Below are positions 11,957-24,705 of a stretch of 64,000 bases of DNA, piece by piece. The notes below the pieces were generated by a model, which had not been told where the DNA came from, did no database searches, and was given only the letters and a program-made list of their open reading frames with translations. The position numbers and the translations under genes were made by a program. The stretch is from contig CM022673.1 in assembly GCA_012295275.1 (NCBI GenBank), positions 26,722,001 to 26,786,000 on the forward strand. The letters are read 5' to 3'. Origin of the DNA: Chrysomallon squamiferum. Taxonomy: Eukaryota > Animalia > Mollusca. How positions within the stretch are numbered: position 1 is the first letter of the stretch; every line of letters begins with the position of its first letter.

Positions 11957-14583
11957 TACTGGCATTAGAGTAAAGTAATTTGAGATTATTGAGCTCAAAT
12001 GAAAAGTGAATTTTCCTGACTTTGTATATCTTAATTAACCAATCTCTTTCAGGTAGAAGCCACCTAGTGACTTTCTGGTATTGTATAAATGTATATGTCA
12101 TTTTGTTTACTTGTTGAGCATACTTCCTGCCACATAATGCAAACTGAAGTCATCAAAGTAAGTCCTTAAGAACATTTGACCTTGTTTAGCAATCTAAAAC
12201 TAAAATAGTTCAATTTGATAATTAAATACATTTGGTCCATTTATTCATTTCATGGACTTCGTGTAAGTGTTATTAGGCAGTTATTTTGTTTATTAATTGT
12301 TGGTGAAATCTTAACAAGGAAGAAAGTTTAATGTAGTACAAACTACTGAACAATTCATGTAACACCATGATTTACAAGAACACACTTTTTCATTGAAAGC
12401 AATATTTTTCATAAGTGCAGTAAAGAGAGGAATATTCCATTAACACATTTTGATCTAAAATAATTTTGATTTAAAAAAAGAAGTAAAAAATATAAATTAA
12501 AAAAAAGTTAAAAATGTATATAATAAAGTACTTATGTCATTAACATTATCAAGAACACCTCATGCAGTGGCATGAATTATATAGAAACCATTCATCCCTG
12601 AATTAATTTCTGCTCTACAAAATGATGCTCTTTCACACATTTTTTAAGTTTTTTTTTATAAAACTGTACATTTACTGATTTATCTTCAAATCATATTTCC
12701 ACTATGAACACACAAAAATGTCCAGTGGCAATGATTTCAGTAAACAGTTTAATCATTTCCTAGCAATATATATTTCTCAATCATTCCGATTCAGTTTTGC
12801 ATATAGATGCATAATTCAATTCCTTTATACAGATTGATTATCTCTCTTAGGTAAGATTTAATTAACATGCCTTGCTGTATCCTGGTATATTTGATACATG
12901 TGAATAGGAGAAATGTTAATGAATCGGAGAAGTGTCCTGTAACCTTCAATGTATTGACAATACAGATACTTCTTTCCATTTTATCAAGCTGATACACAAA
13001 CAAATATTCACTACTTCAAATATATTGATGGTACTCCAGAATATTATATATTGGATTAATATTTCTAATTGATACACTATATGTTCTTGAGAACTTTTTT
13101 CTTTCATTTCACAAAATTATATTTGGTTATGTTGAGCTTTAGTTATTGCAAGTCAGTAGGAAGGCTTTTAAAACAGCAAAATGTGTAATGAATTTTTTTT
13201 GATGCTCATGAATGAAATATGGTCTGAAAAATAAAGGTAATATTGAAAAATGTGAAGGACATAATTTTAACATCTTTAAATATAATTTTGTTTTTATTTC
13301 ATAATATATGTATATAATATAAAAAAAAAAAAAAAACATCCCAAAAAAAAAAGCAACAAAAAAAACAAGCTCTGATCTGTCATGAACATCATTTTTTTCA
13401 ACTGAAATTTGAAGTCATGAAATTTGAATTTGTTTACAAGATTTTAAGAATACATTTAATTATGTATAACAGAAAAAAATAAGAATTTATCAAACATCTA
13501 GTCAGAATGACCATTATCAGGATTGTGTAAAAAGTGACATGAAATGAGACCTAGGTTTGACTTTTGAAACAATTGGTACATTGAACAGTTAACTAAAACA
13601 TTATTATAATTGATTTTCCTCAGATAGTGTGCATAATAATCTAATTCATGTCTGGTTTTGGCAAAAGGGGATTGATAAATATTAATAAAACATGTTATTA
13701 TTTTATTTTATTGTTATATTGTTGCCAGATTGTGATAGAAATGTATCTGATATTAAGATGTATGTGACAGGATAAGTAAATAATGAAAATGTACATGTTT
13801 TGCAGATTTAGATGTGTTGTATTTCCTTCTCTCTTTCTTTTTTCTCATTTAGTTGGAAATAACATGAATATTTTATTTTTTATTATTTTAAAACTAATGA
13901 CTGTTTTTATTTAAAAATATTTTTAACAACCACATATTTCGATTATCAAAACATACACGACAATTAAAAAATAATTATTAAATCATACTAATATATATTT
14001 TTTCTTCATTCTTCTTCTTTTTGACGCAAAAACATTGATATATTTCCTTAACCACGTAATCCCTTGTTGTGTTTTGTTTACCCATTTTCTTAAACCTTCC
14101 TGTCTGCTGATCAATTAAACCTTTCCCAGCCATTGATCAGCCGCTGATAGAAAAAAAGGGAGTTCAACGCTGTCCCATCACTTCCATTGATTTCTCAGTG
14201 TTTGTCATCGAGAGGTGTTCTATGACTGGCTTTCAGAAAAGTTTTCTCCTGGTGCCGACTTCCTTTCAAGGCATGTGAGAACCAGACATTTGTGCCTGCC
14301 TGAATAATTGAACAAATTGCCATTCTCCACGTTTTGTTTGTTGGTTCAATGTATTGGCTAAACCAGTTTTAATAACTATCGACCTCTGTTGTTGTCTGGC
14401 AGGGCAGTGCTGGTAATCTTAATGATCGGCAAACTCGGACATTGATTTCAGATGAATGTTTCTGTAAGCCACAGGTGCGCGCGGTTTGCTTTTCTGGAAT
14501 ATCACCATGTTCAGATATTTTAAATTGGCTTAATTATGTATTTGCTGTATGTAAAATTTATCATGGCACAACACAGCATCAAT

Positions 14584-14649
<66 letters not shown>

Positions 14650-14953
14650 AGATGCGTACATTAACAAAAAAAAGTTCAAATGTAATTGGTTTTTGTATTA
14701 TGTTCCAGGATCAATTTTGTCATTAAATGATAATGAAATGTGTTTACATCTCTCTTTTTATTTTATTTTTAAAAATCCTGTTATAGATTAAACAAAATAA
14801 TGAGAAATGGATCTATAATGCATTATTATTTTGTTCCAATTAAAAAAGGAACATAGCATATCTAGTGAGATCAATGGTTATAATATATTTTTTATAATAT
14901 ACTTCATGTTTCAGCAGACAGTTTTTTACTAATAAAATAAGTGGTTTTGTTAT

Positions 14954-15016
<63 letters not shown>

Positions 15017-17356
15017 GTCTCCCCTCTCTCTCTTTCTCCCCCTCTGCATACAAAAAACCCCAACAGACTGAATTTTTAACCTTTCTGCACTGGTTTATTT
15101 TTAAAAATACATAGTGTGAGATATAGTTTTAAAAGTCTTGGTTATATTTGTTGTTAGACATAACATTTGTTCATTATGAATAAAGCTATATGTAAATCTT
15201 TCTGAGTAAATATCTGAATTTAAATTAAAAAAAAAATAAAATATGAATGCTTCAAAAGCTGGGAAATTTTTTTATTTGTGATCTATACTGATTTTCAGGC
15301 TTAATTAATACCAATAAAGAATACACATATAAATATTTTTACATATTTATAAAGATTAAAAACAATACCAAGGTGTAATGTTATTTCTATCTTGTTTTAC
15401 AACTCAAACATTTTAAATAATGACAAAAACACAGAATAATCACAAAATTGCAACATTTCGTGATAATAAATTTTATTAAAATATTTATAAATAATTAATT
15501 TGACATTAAAAAAAAAAAAAAATTAAAAAAAAAATCTTTTTAAAACAAATTAAAATTTGCTATCAGAAATCTGATTTACGATTCCTAGTTTTTTCTTCTT
15601 CTTTTTCTTTGCAAATTACAAAAAAACTTAATGTAATTTATAGCATTTATTTTAGTTTTCAAACATTTTAAAGAACCTACCATCTTTTTAACCATTTAAT
15701 TTTGGAGTCCTGGTATAACAATTGGAAACATTTACATAATAGTTTAAATTTCTGTCCAATTTGTGTTCCATTTATGTAACAGTAATGTAATTCTAACAGT
15801 TCAAGCCAGGCAAGTGGACTGTTTTACAAAATTACATTGGAACTCATTCAGAATTATATTCTGTCCTGCATAGGACTTGTTCCAGATGTATGACAGTCTG
15901 TTTTTCATCAAACATTATATTCTAAAATTTGATTTATTAGTTGGCTAAAAGTTTTGTGATGCCATCTTGAATGGTATTATTAAAATTGTAGTGTTATAAT
16001 ATGAGTGTGTGTGTCTTAAGTTTTAGTTTCTTATTTACTGGTTTTTTTTTTTTTTTTTAAAAATAAATTTTTTAAAACTAAACTTCAGTTATTATTCAGA
16101 ATAAGTCCAGAACTGTTAAATAAATAAACTATTTGAAGAAGGCCGTCATAAATCTTAATAAAACGCAGTCAGTATGTAATTCACTACTCGAAAATTCTTT
16201 GTGAAATATATTGATATTCCTTAAGTTTGTTGCTTAGGGAATCTTAATACTTAAATGGAAAATCTCTGAAACATGCAACATGTTTCGTGGTTTAAAAATG
16301 TAATCAATGACTGTAGAAAATATGCTTCATGGCTTCCACTGTGAAGGCAGAAAGCTAAAACTGCTGAGAATGATTTTCTTCGGTGATTGTCAGAATTGGG
16401 TTCCACCTGGTCGATTCAAACCTGATATTTATAAATATGATTCAGTGCTTATATGTTGTAATTAGATCAGTGTGGGCTTGCAGGTAATGAAATGTCTGCT
16501 TAATCCAGAGACTGCTGTACTCTTGTCTCAAATCTGAAGTTTGTGCTTGCTTAATGAATGTAATTGCTTGTTCAGATTCACCTCCATTGTATTGCAGATC
16601 AAGCTTTGTCAGTCGGTTCTGTTTGCAATTTATTTGACAGAAAGCAGGTAAATAGTTCATTTTATTTTGTTTTAGAAAATTTACTCTAAGTTTATGCAGG
16701 CATTTAATGTTTAGTGCCTTAAATAGTGCTTAAAAAATATGACTTTTTAAGTAACAGTGATTATGTTGTATCACGATATTAAATTTTTCCAAATAGTGCT
16801 GATATTATAAATTTTCATGATATAAATTTATGAATTTGTCGTATTTTTATGAAGTGATTTTTATATATATATATATATATACATACACATACATACATTA
16901 GCTGATAACAGTAATAATTTTTCTTAAAGCTTGATAAAAATATTTGCACTGAGTATATTAAGTTTTAATGTAAAGAGTAATGTGAAAATATAGTTCAAAA
17001 TTCATAAGTTACAATATTTATATTTATAAAATAATTTGTTTTAATTAATTTAATTATAATAATTATTATTATTATTTCACACTTCCATAAAATATTAAAT
17101 ATTTAGTTCAGAATTTGTCTTAAAATTTAGTGCTAATTTTATAATTTTAAAATAATAGATTAGAATGATTCTTTTTTTTATTTGCATTCCTTTTTTTTTT
17201 TAAAAAAACACACTTTTAAATCTCATTTAATCACCTAGGAATAAACTGCAAAAAGCAATAATTTGCAACCTTTAATTATACATTTTTTTCTTAGGAATTA
17301 TATTTAAAAAAATAATGTTAACAGATTCTCTGGGGTTTTATTTATTTATTTATTTA

Positions 17357-17439
<83 letters not shown>

Positions 17440-19038
17440 TTATTTTATTTTTTTATTTTTTTATCCATATATGACTTTATACTGTTTCTGAAATGCATTT
17501 AGAATATTTAGGAATATGTCTCAATGTCTGTCTGTATGTGAAATTGAGAAAAACTGAATCTATAATCAATGAAGGGCTTTAGATCAGGGGTTAGAGGCCT
17601 CGCCTAATCGGCTACAGGATTAATCCTTTTCAGAAGAACTCATTTGGCTAAATCCTGAAAGGATTATCAAAAGTCATTGTATGTAATTCTCATTAAAAGT
17701 ATGGTCAAGCTACCACTTCAGACCTGGAACGCATTTATGACCCCCAATAAACAGTAATATTAATATTAAACTCTGTAAATTTGTTTCTTCATTTTTAAAG
17801 CACACACAATGATTTCCGGCTAGTGATGTCACTAGTGGTCAAGCCATCACTTAAGAACTGAATCCATTAAGCTGATTGTTTAGCATTAATCACTCAGACA
17901 TTGTCTTGAACATCTGACAATGGTCATTTGGTTTCCCTAATCTTTTAATTAAATTTTATCACATTTTATCTGTTGATCACAGCTGCTATATGTCTAATTA
18001 TTTTTGGCATAGATATATAGTCATATTGGCTTCTTTGGGCTTGTCCAGATGTTAAAAATCAACCTAGTAGACTGAGTAAATCATTGTGGAATAGTAATAG
18101 ATACAGTCTATTGGGATTTTTTAAAACATTTCTCTGTCTTAAACGATTTACTGTGAAAAGTAAACTTCAGCTTCTTGCCTCGTGTTATTTTAATGTCATA
18201 CTTTATTTTTTTAACAATCTAGCTTCCAGAAATTGTTACACTGAGATATCAGTATATTTGTTGATTTTAGTAAATATTTGTAACTCCAGGAAACAATATT
18301 ATTGTCTTAAATTTTGCCGATTCGACATAAAAAGGTAAAACCTAAAAATATTTCTGTTTTTCTGCTAGTAATTTTCGTGTCCAAATTTTGTAAAATTAAT
18401 GAGAAAAACCTTACTACCCTTAACTATATATATATATATATATATAAAATAAATAATAACACACACACACAAAGTAAAAAAACAAAAGAAAATGAGCATG
18501 CTTTTTGTTTGCATGACTCATTAACTGACAAGCACTGGTACCAGCATACCTTTGATCAATGTTGCTTTGTCAGGTTATTAACCTTACATTTTATTGTGTG
18601 CCTTGATGATTCAGAATTCCATTAATTTTTCACTAAGTCCTTTTAATTGGATCCTGTTATGAAAATTTCCTATTTACAGATTTATTCAACAATACTAATT
18701 ATAGATTGCTTTAATGATTTCATAAATGAACGTTAATATGTAAATCTACTCCTTTAAAATATTTTCTTACACAAATTATTATTTTTTTTTTAAATTTTTT
18801 TTTTAAATTACATTTTTGTTTTCTGTTTATTTGATTAATATGGGGGTGGGATTGTGTTCTTTTTTTTTTTTTTTTTTTTTATTAATTGCTTTTTGTCCTT
18901 TATTTAAGTGAAGTGATAATTCTGCACCAACATCTTCAGGTTATGGTCTTTAATAAGTACATATAAAGTGATTATAAGATATATACTTTGAAAATTATAA
19001 TTTACTGAACATGTATATGTTACATCCCTCTTGGTTTT

Positions 19039-19069
<31 letters not shown>

Positions 19070-19331
19070 TTTTCAGAACTAATAAATTTAAGAAGAAACT
19101 GACAGAAATAGTTTCCAGTAGATTTTTCTTTATGGAGATTCAAATTTTATTTTCTTCTAAAATTCTTGTGTAGTAATTCTTTAGTCATTTGGGTTAATAA
19201 TACAAAACCTATAAACCCATGTCTTAATATAAGTGTTAATAAAAAAACTGAGATAGGTATCAAACTTTTCTTAATATTTTTGTTTTAGGTATAGTATGAA
19301 TACATGCTTGCATGTGTGTGTTAGGTGTGAG

Positions 19332-19379
<48 letters not shown>

Positions 19380-20074
19380 AAATAAGATAAGCTTCATGAC
19401 TAATATACATATTAACATTGTTGGGAGTATTATTATATGTGAATAAATATTAAAAAATATCTAAGCCTACTAAGTAGCAGACAGCTGTTAGGTGTCAAAG
19501 ATATCAATTTTAGCAAAGCGATATAAACTAAAAAGTGAAGCCTCCTTCGAGCACCTTGTGAGCCTCTCAGTATTTTTACTAATTAGCAAATAACGGATAT
19601 TTTTATTTTTTATTCTATTTTTTTAAACCTATTTCCCCAGAGGAAACACATATTTTAAAGGGATTGGTCATATTATAATCCTGTGTATGGAAACTTAAAT
19701 TATTATTATTAAGTCATTTTCTGATGGTCATATCAGATCTAGGTTAAATATTTACAGGGAAAATGAATCAGAGTTATTTGTGACACAAGTGGAGTTAAAG
19801 TAATAATGTAGTTTTTTGGTTTACGTATTTACAAATATGTGGACATCTGATCCACCTTATTCAAAAGGTCAGGAACAAAATGAAGAAAGTTTTAACCAAA
19901 TAAAGGCATTTATTACTGTACATTATGAAATGCTTCCAATTAAGAATTTCTGCAATAACATTGTTACAAATTCCAAAGTCAGATATATAGACTTGAAAAG
20001 TTAAAAAAAAAACAAAGACAAAAAAAAAAACTATTTATTTTTTTATAGTGCGCTTAACATGTGATTAACAAACT

Positions 20075-21310
20075 GTTTGTCCATGTGAAATGCTTAGAAA
20101 TAATTGCCACCTGCTACCAATATTAAAAGGTATACTTGACATTTTGTGAATTCAACCTGAGTTTTACTGGTGCAGTTGGGTCTGTGGTATTGAGAAGCAT
20201 TTTGTCTTTCCACCTCCATAAACAAGTTTCTTGCACCAAGTCTCCTCAAGTAGAAAGCAGTTACTGGTTATCAAACTTTATACAAGCCACAAGCTTCCTC
20301 ACTTGACTTATGGCAAGATGTTCTTCATCTAAAATTAGTTTAAATTTCATAATTCTAACTTGTGCTTTCTGATTTCCTTAATATATATATATATATATAT
20401 AGAAGAAGGACTGAAGAAGCAGGGTCATTGAAATACAATAATGTTCAAACAGTCCATTTTGTTTGAATAGAGTGGAATGCCAACATTTTATCTGATGGAT
20501 CAAAACTATTTGGTTTTCTTACACATCAACAGGTTCCACAGGTACAACAGAAATTGTTAAACCAACATTTTTCCATCAAGGCAAACAGACATGATGATCA
20601 CACCATTTGAATACACATGAGCCAACAAAGGTGTCTTCCTTTTCATCAGTGTGCAAAATGAAGGCGTTCCTGTACCCAAAATGAAGGCATGTCTTAGTTT
20701 TTCAAGCAAGTCAAATGTAGTAAAATGTCAAAATGCATAGTTCCAATCTACCACAACACAACAGTGCCACCAGTGCCAAGCATTTCACTGTTTTGTTTAT
20801 ATTTAGCAGCATTGAGTGTAGTGTCTTTGCCCTTCAGATACAGAGTCCAGTGAAAGTCCACTAAGAGAAGCAAGAATGAAGATCTTGAGAACTTTAGTGT
20901 TTGGCTTGTTTTTAACATTCTGGTCAACCCTAACTTTTCTGGTGAAAGGGATAAGTTGTTCATCTGCACAGGTTTCTTTTGGTCGAGGCATTAAGAATGA
21001 CTGGCACATATGCTCAAGAAAAGGTTGAACTCACTACAGCATGTCAGTTGTCTTCATTATCATCAACATTTTTCAAATTAAGGCATCCTCAGTGGCAGGT
21101 ACAGCCATTTCTCTGTTCCAGTTCATTGTAATCTTTGGGAATTTTATTGCCTGAATCACAAGTATTTTTACTTTTATCTGGATTAGTGTTCAGAATTATT
21201 TTGCCAGTGTTTGCAAGATGCATCTTATTGGAACACTTTGTCAGGATAGTTTGATCATCAATACAGTGTTCAGTTTATTATTCAAGTGAGTCCAGGATTA
21301 CAAATGTATA
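20075..21310 (-). pseudogene. Decayed piggyBac (DDE_Tnp_1_7; PGBD2/3-like) transposase
   Basis: Frameshifted fragments in the correct order: HCIDDQTILTKCSNK..TGKIILNT..FPKITMNW..VQPFL; CADEQLIPFTRK..KNKPN..LKIFILAS.SGL.LD (first catalytic D at 20962-20964); YLKGK..LGTGGTVVL; HFD/FTTFDLLEKL; W..VEPVDVC; D.SDKML..KWT; and a degenerate C-terminal Cys-rich domain NASQYHRPNCTSKTQVEFTKCQVYLL..NYF*AFH. Contains stops, deletions and an (AT)n insert. TIRs were not located. Confidence 0.9.
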
Positions 21311-21559
21311 TTTCTCTCAAACAATAAATTGAACACTATATTGAATGTGGCAGTATATTTATAATCACAACCATGTTTTTGAAAATACGAATTAGACAAA
21401 AATAACCAAATATTTTTAATGAAAAGAACCAAACTGCATGCTATAAAATGACCAAATTATATTTGACCAAACAACAATTGTTGTTTGTTTTTTTCTAAAT
21501 GATAATTTTTCCATATTATTAAGTGATTCTGACTATATACATTTTGTATTTGTATTACA

Positions 21560-21930
21560 TTAAAAGGACCAGCATCAACAAACACAACAATTAAACTAAA
21601 TCCCAATATCCACAAACATGAATAAAGAAATGGACTAGAAAATTAATCTTAAAAGTCAGATACATTTTTATTCCCTATCTCCTCAAATTTTACTGAAATC
21701 AAGGAGTTCATTATCTGAACTGCTGTCAGCCTGTTTCTTTTACGTGGAGACAGCCATTTTGAATGATGTCATGTGACCACTTGTCTTGGCAGTAGATTTG
21801 GCAGTGTTTTGTATATGGTTAGACTTGATGTCTCTCTCTGTGCGTGGATGTAATGTCTGTCACCATTATTTTTAGAAATAATTAACAAAAGCTTTTGCAT
21901 GATGAGGATATGTTAGTGGGTTCTTTTACA
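21560..21930. mobile_element. Possible decayed non-autonomous DNA transposon (TTAA-AGG type, Kolobok-like)
   Basis: Left TTAAAAGGACCAGCATCAACA and right TGTTAGTGGGTTCTTTT form a weak inverted match. The internal CAGCCATTTTGAATGATGTCATGTGAC looks like a CpG-decayed CGGCCATTTTG..GACGTCACGTGAC. Confidence 0.25.
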
Positions 21931-22328
21931 TAAAATTTTGAGTCCAGTAATCTTTCAAATTATTTAAATTTATGATATAACTTAATAAGACATTTTTATG
22001 TGGAAGAAATGAGAGGGATTAATCCTGGGACTCAGTTATTTGTTGTTTCTTTTAAATAAATAAATAAAAAAACATTTAGTTTCACAATATTAATATTCAC
22101 TTTTAAACTTTTTTTAAATTTAAGATGAGACTTATTTTTAATCCTCTTTCAATATATTTAAATACATATGATTATACTTTGAATAATTAAAAAAAATAAT
22201 AATAAAAAGAACAAAAGAAAAGAAAAACAAAATAAGAATGAGCATTTTTTTTTTTTTTTTTTTTTACTTAAGATGAAACACAAAGTATGGCATGGATTCA
22301 ACCCTATTTGTTTTCTATTTTATTACAG

Positions 22329-22468
22329 CATGGTCAAATTGGATTTCAATGAAGGATAGCATCTGTCGATGGCCATCGTACTAAACTCTACGATCCACAG
22401 ATATTTGGCAAAGTAAATTGAATTTGCATCTGAATGAGTTCTTATTCATTGTGGATTTGTCATCAGAG
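22329..22468 (+). other. Internal non-coding (5'UTR-type) exon, 140 nt
   Basis: ttttctattttattacAG acceptor and CAGAG|GTAAGT donor. The sequence is more GC- and CpG-rich than its flanks. All three frames contain stops. Confidence 0.6.
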
Positions 22469-23428
22469 GTAAGTGCTTGCTGAGAACTAATGTCCATTGA
22501 TTGTGAGTTCCTTGTCAGGTCTGTCGTCTGTTCCAGCTCGTTTTTAGATTCTGGACAGAATATGAAATTTTCTTACAACTAACAGTAGTATTAATCTTCA
22601 TGGTATGAGTATTATTATTGTTGTTGTTTTTGTTTTTATTTTAATTTTAATTTTTTTTTTTTCCATCAAGGTATTTTATTTTCCAAAGACAAATTTGGCT
22701 GGAGATGAAATTTTGTATAGTAGTTATTGTAATTTGTGAATGAAATGCTGTCATTTATTTATTTATTTATTTATTTATTTGTTCTGTAAAAGAGTGTTAA
22801 AAAGCTTTTTTTGTATAGATGTAGTCAGAGTTGAAGAAGATATGTTTCTGTGTTTCCAGATGTTAAATACTTCTAACTAAAGTAGTCATTCTGCTAAATG
22901 GAACTGATTTATACACCTCCATCTTTTGTCATAGTATTTAATTTCTGTTTTGTGTTTTTACTTGTTAAGGTAAATATTTTTACAGGGAAATCTTTACATT
23001 CATGATACAATCACACACACACACACACACACATACATACATACATACATATACATACATACATATGTATCATAATTAATCTTTATAAACATTAAATCCC
23101 TTATATTTTTTTCTTTGTGAAGATTTAAATCAGAAATTTTCAAACAATAAATCTTTACTTGGGTGTAGAATTCAGACATTGCTAACTAATTACTATACAT
23201 TAAGTAAAACTCTGGTGATTAATTTTCAGTTTTCATTCATACATTAAAAATGGTTTACTTTGAGTTATATTTTCAGATACCTCAGTTGCCATGACATAAT
23301 ACATAACAACACTAAATTATTCATATACATATTAAATTTCTATACTGTTGTCATTTATGAAGATTTACATGCAAAAATATTTTTCAGTAGTTTTAAAGAT
23401 TCAGGTATCTTGACCGATAGAAATAACA

Positions 23429-23922
23429 CACATTATAGGTATTTTGATATTTAATTTGAGATAAAACACATTATACTTATTGGTATTTAGATATTAAATT
23501 TGAGATAAAACACATTATAGGTATTTTGATATTAAATATGAGATAAAACACATTATACTTATAGGTATTTAGATATTAAACTTGAGATAACACACATTAT
23601 AGGTATTAAATTTAAGATAAAACACATTATAGGTATTTTGACATTAAATATGAGACAACACACATTATACTTATAGGTATTTAGATATTTAATTTGACAT
23701 AAAACACATTATACTTATTGGTATTTAGATATTAAATTTGAGATAAAACACATTATAGGTATTTTGATATTAAATTTGAGATAAAACACATTATACTTAT
23801 AGGTATTTAGATATTAAACTTGAGATAACACACATTATAGGTATTAAATTTAAGATAAAACACATTATAGGTATTTTGACATTAAATATGAGACAACACA
23901 CATTATAGGTATTTTGACATTT
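23429..23922. repeat. Minisatellite of ~13 monomers (30/38/44 bp) with a 238-bp higher-order period
   Basis: Monomers begin CACATTATA at 23429, 23467, 23511, 23549, 23593, 23623, 23661, 23705, 23749, 23787, 23831, 23861 and 23899. Confidence 0.95.
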
Positions 23923-24658
23923 AAAAAAAAAACAAAAAAAAAACATTGTGGTGTAACTAACTGCATGAAACATTGTGGATGAATGTGCAGAGGCTTGATG
24001 AAAATTAAAAGCAAGGACTGAATGGATGATGACCAGATGTTACAGTGAGCTACAGCTGCCTGTTGTGTTTCCATTCTGTGGTGATTAAAGCAATCGACTA
24101 ATGTGTTTATGAATCACAGGAGACTCATTAAGTTCGTGTTATCATTGTTACATAGATGAATTAGCTAAAAAAAAATCTTTTTTTTTTTTTTTTCTCATCT
24201 GCGTGTCTCGGGTTTTCTTCTAAATAAAATAAATCTTTTAGTCTAACATTTAATCTTGACAGAGCCTGTCAGTCTGAAGACCATAGTAAATAATAATAAT
24301 AATAATAATAGTAATAATAATAATAATAATAATAAATGTAATCCATGTTCAGATAATAGACTGTCATGGAGATGAGTATATATATATATATATATATATA
24401 AGTAGCCAGATGTTGGTTTCCAATGTATATTAATAATACATTTGCGTTAATGTTTTCATTATTTATTTTATTTTTATTTTTATTTTTATTTTTATTTTTA
24501 TTTATTTATATATTTTTTTATTTTATTTTTTATTTTTATTTTTACTTTTTTTATTATTTTTTAATTTTTTATTTTTATTTTTATTTTTTTAATTATTATT
24601 ATTTTAGTTTCAAGAAAAAGGTGTAGAATATATTAATACTTGTATCAGCTTTACAAAC

Positions 24659-24705
<47 letters not shown>

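Noticed and set aside
24362-24371. Match to the 5' part of miR-281 (TGTCATGGAG)
   Set aside because: Only 10 nt match and there is no hairpin.
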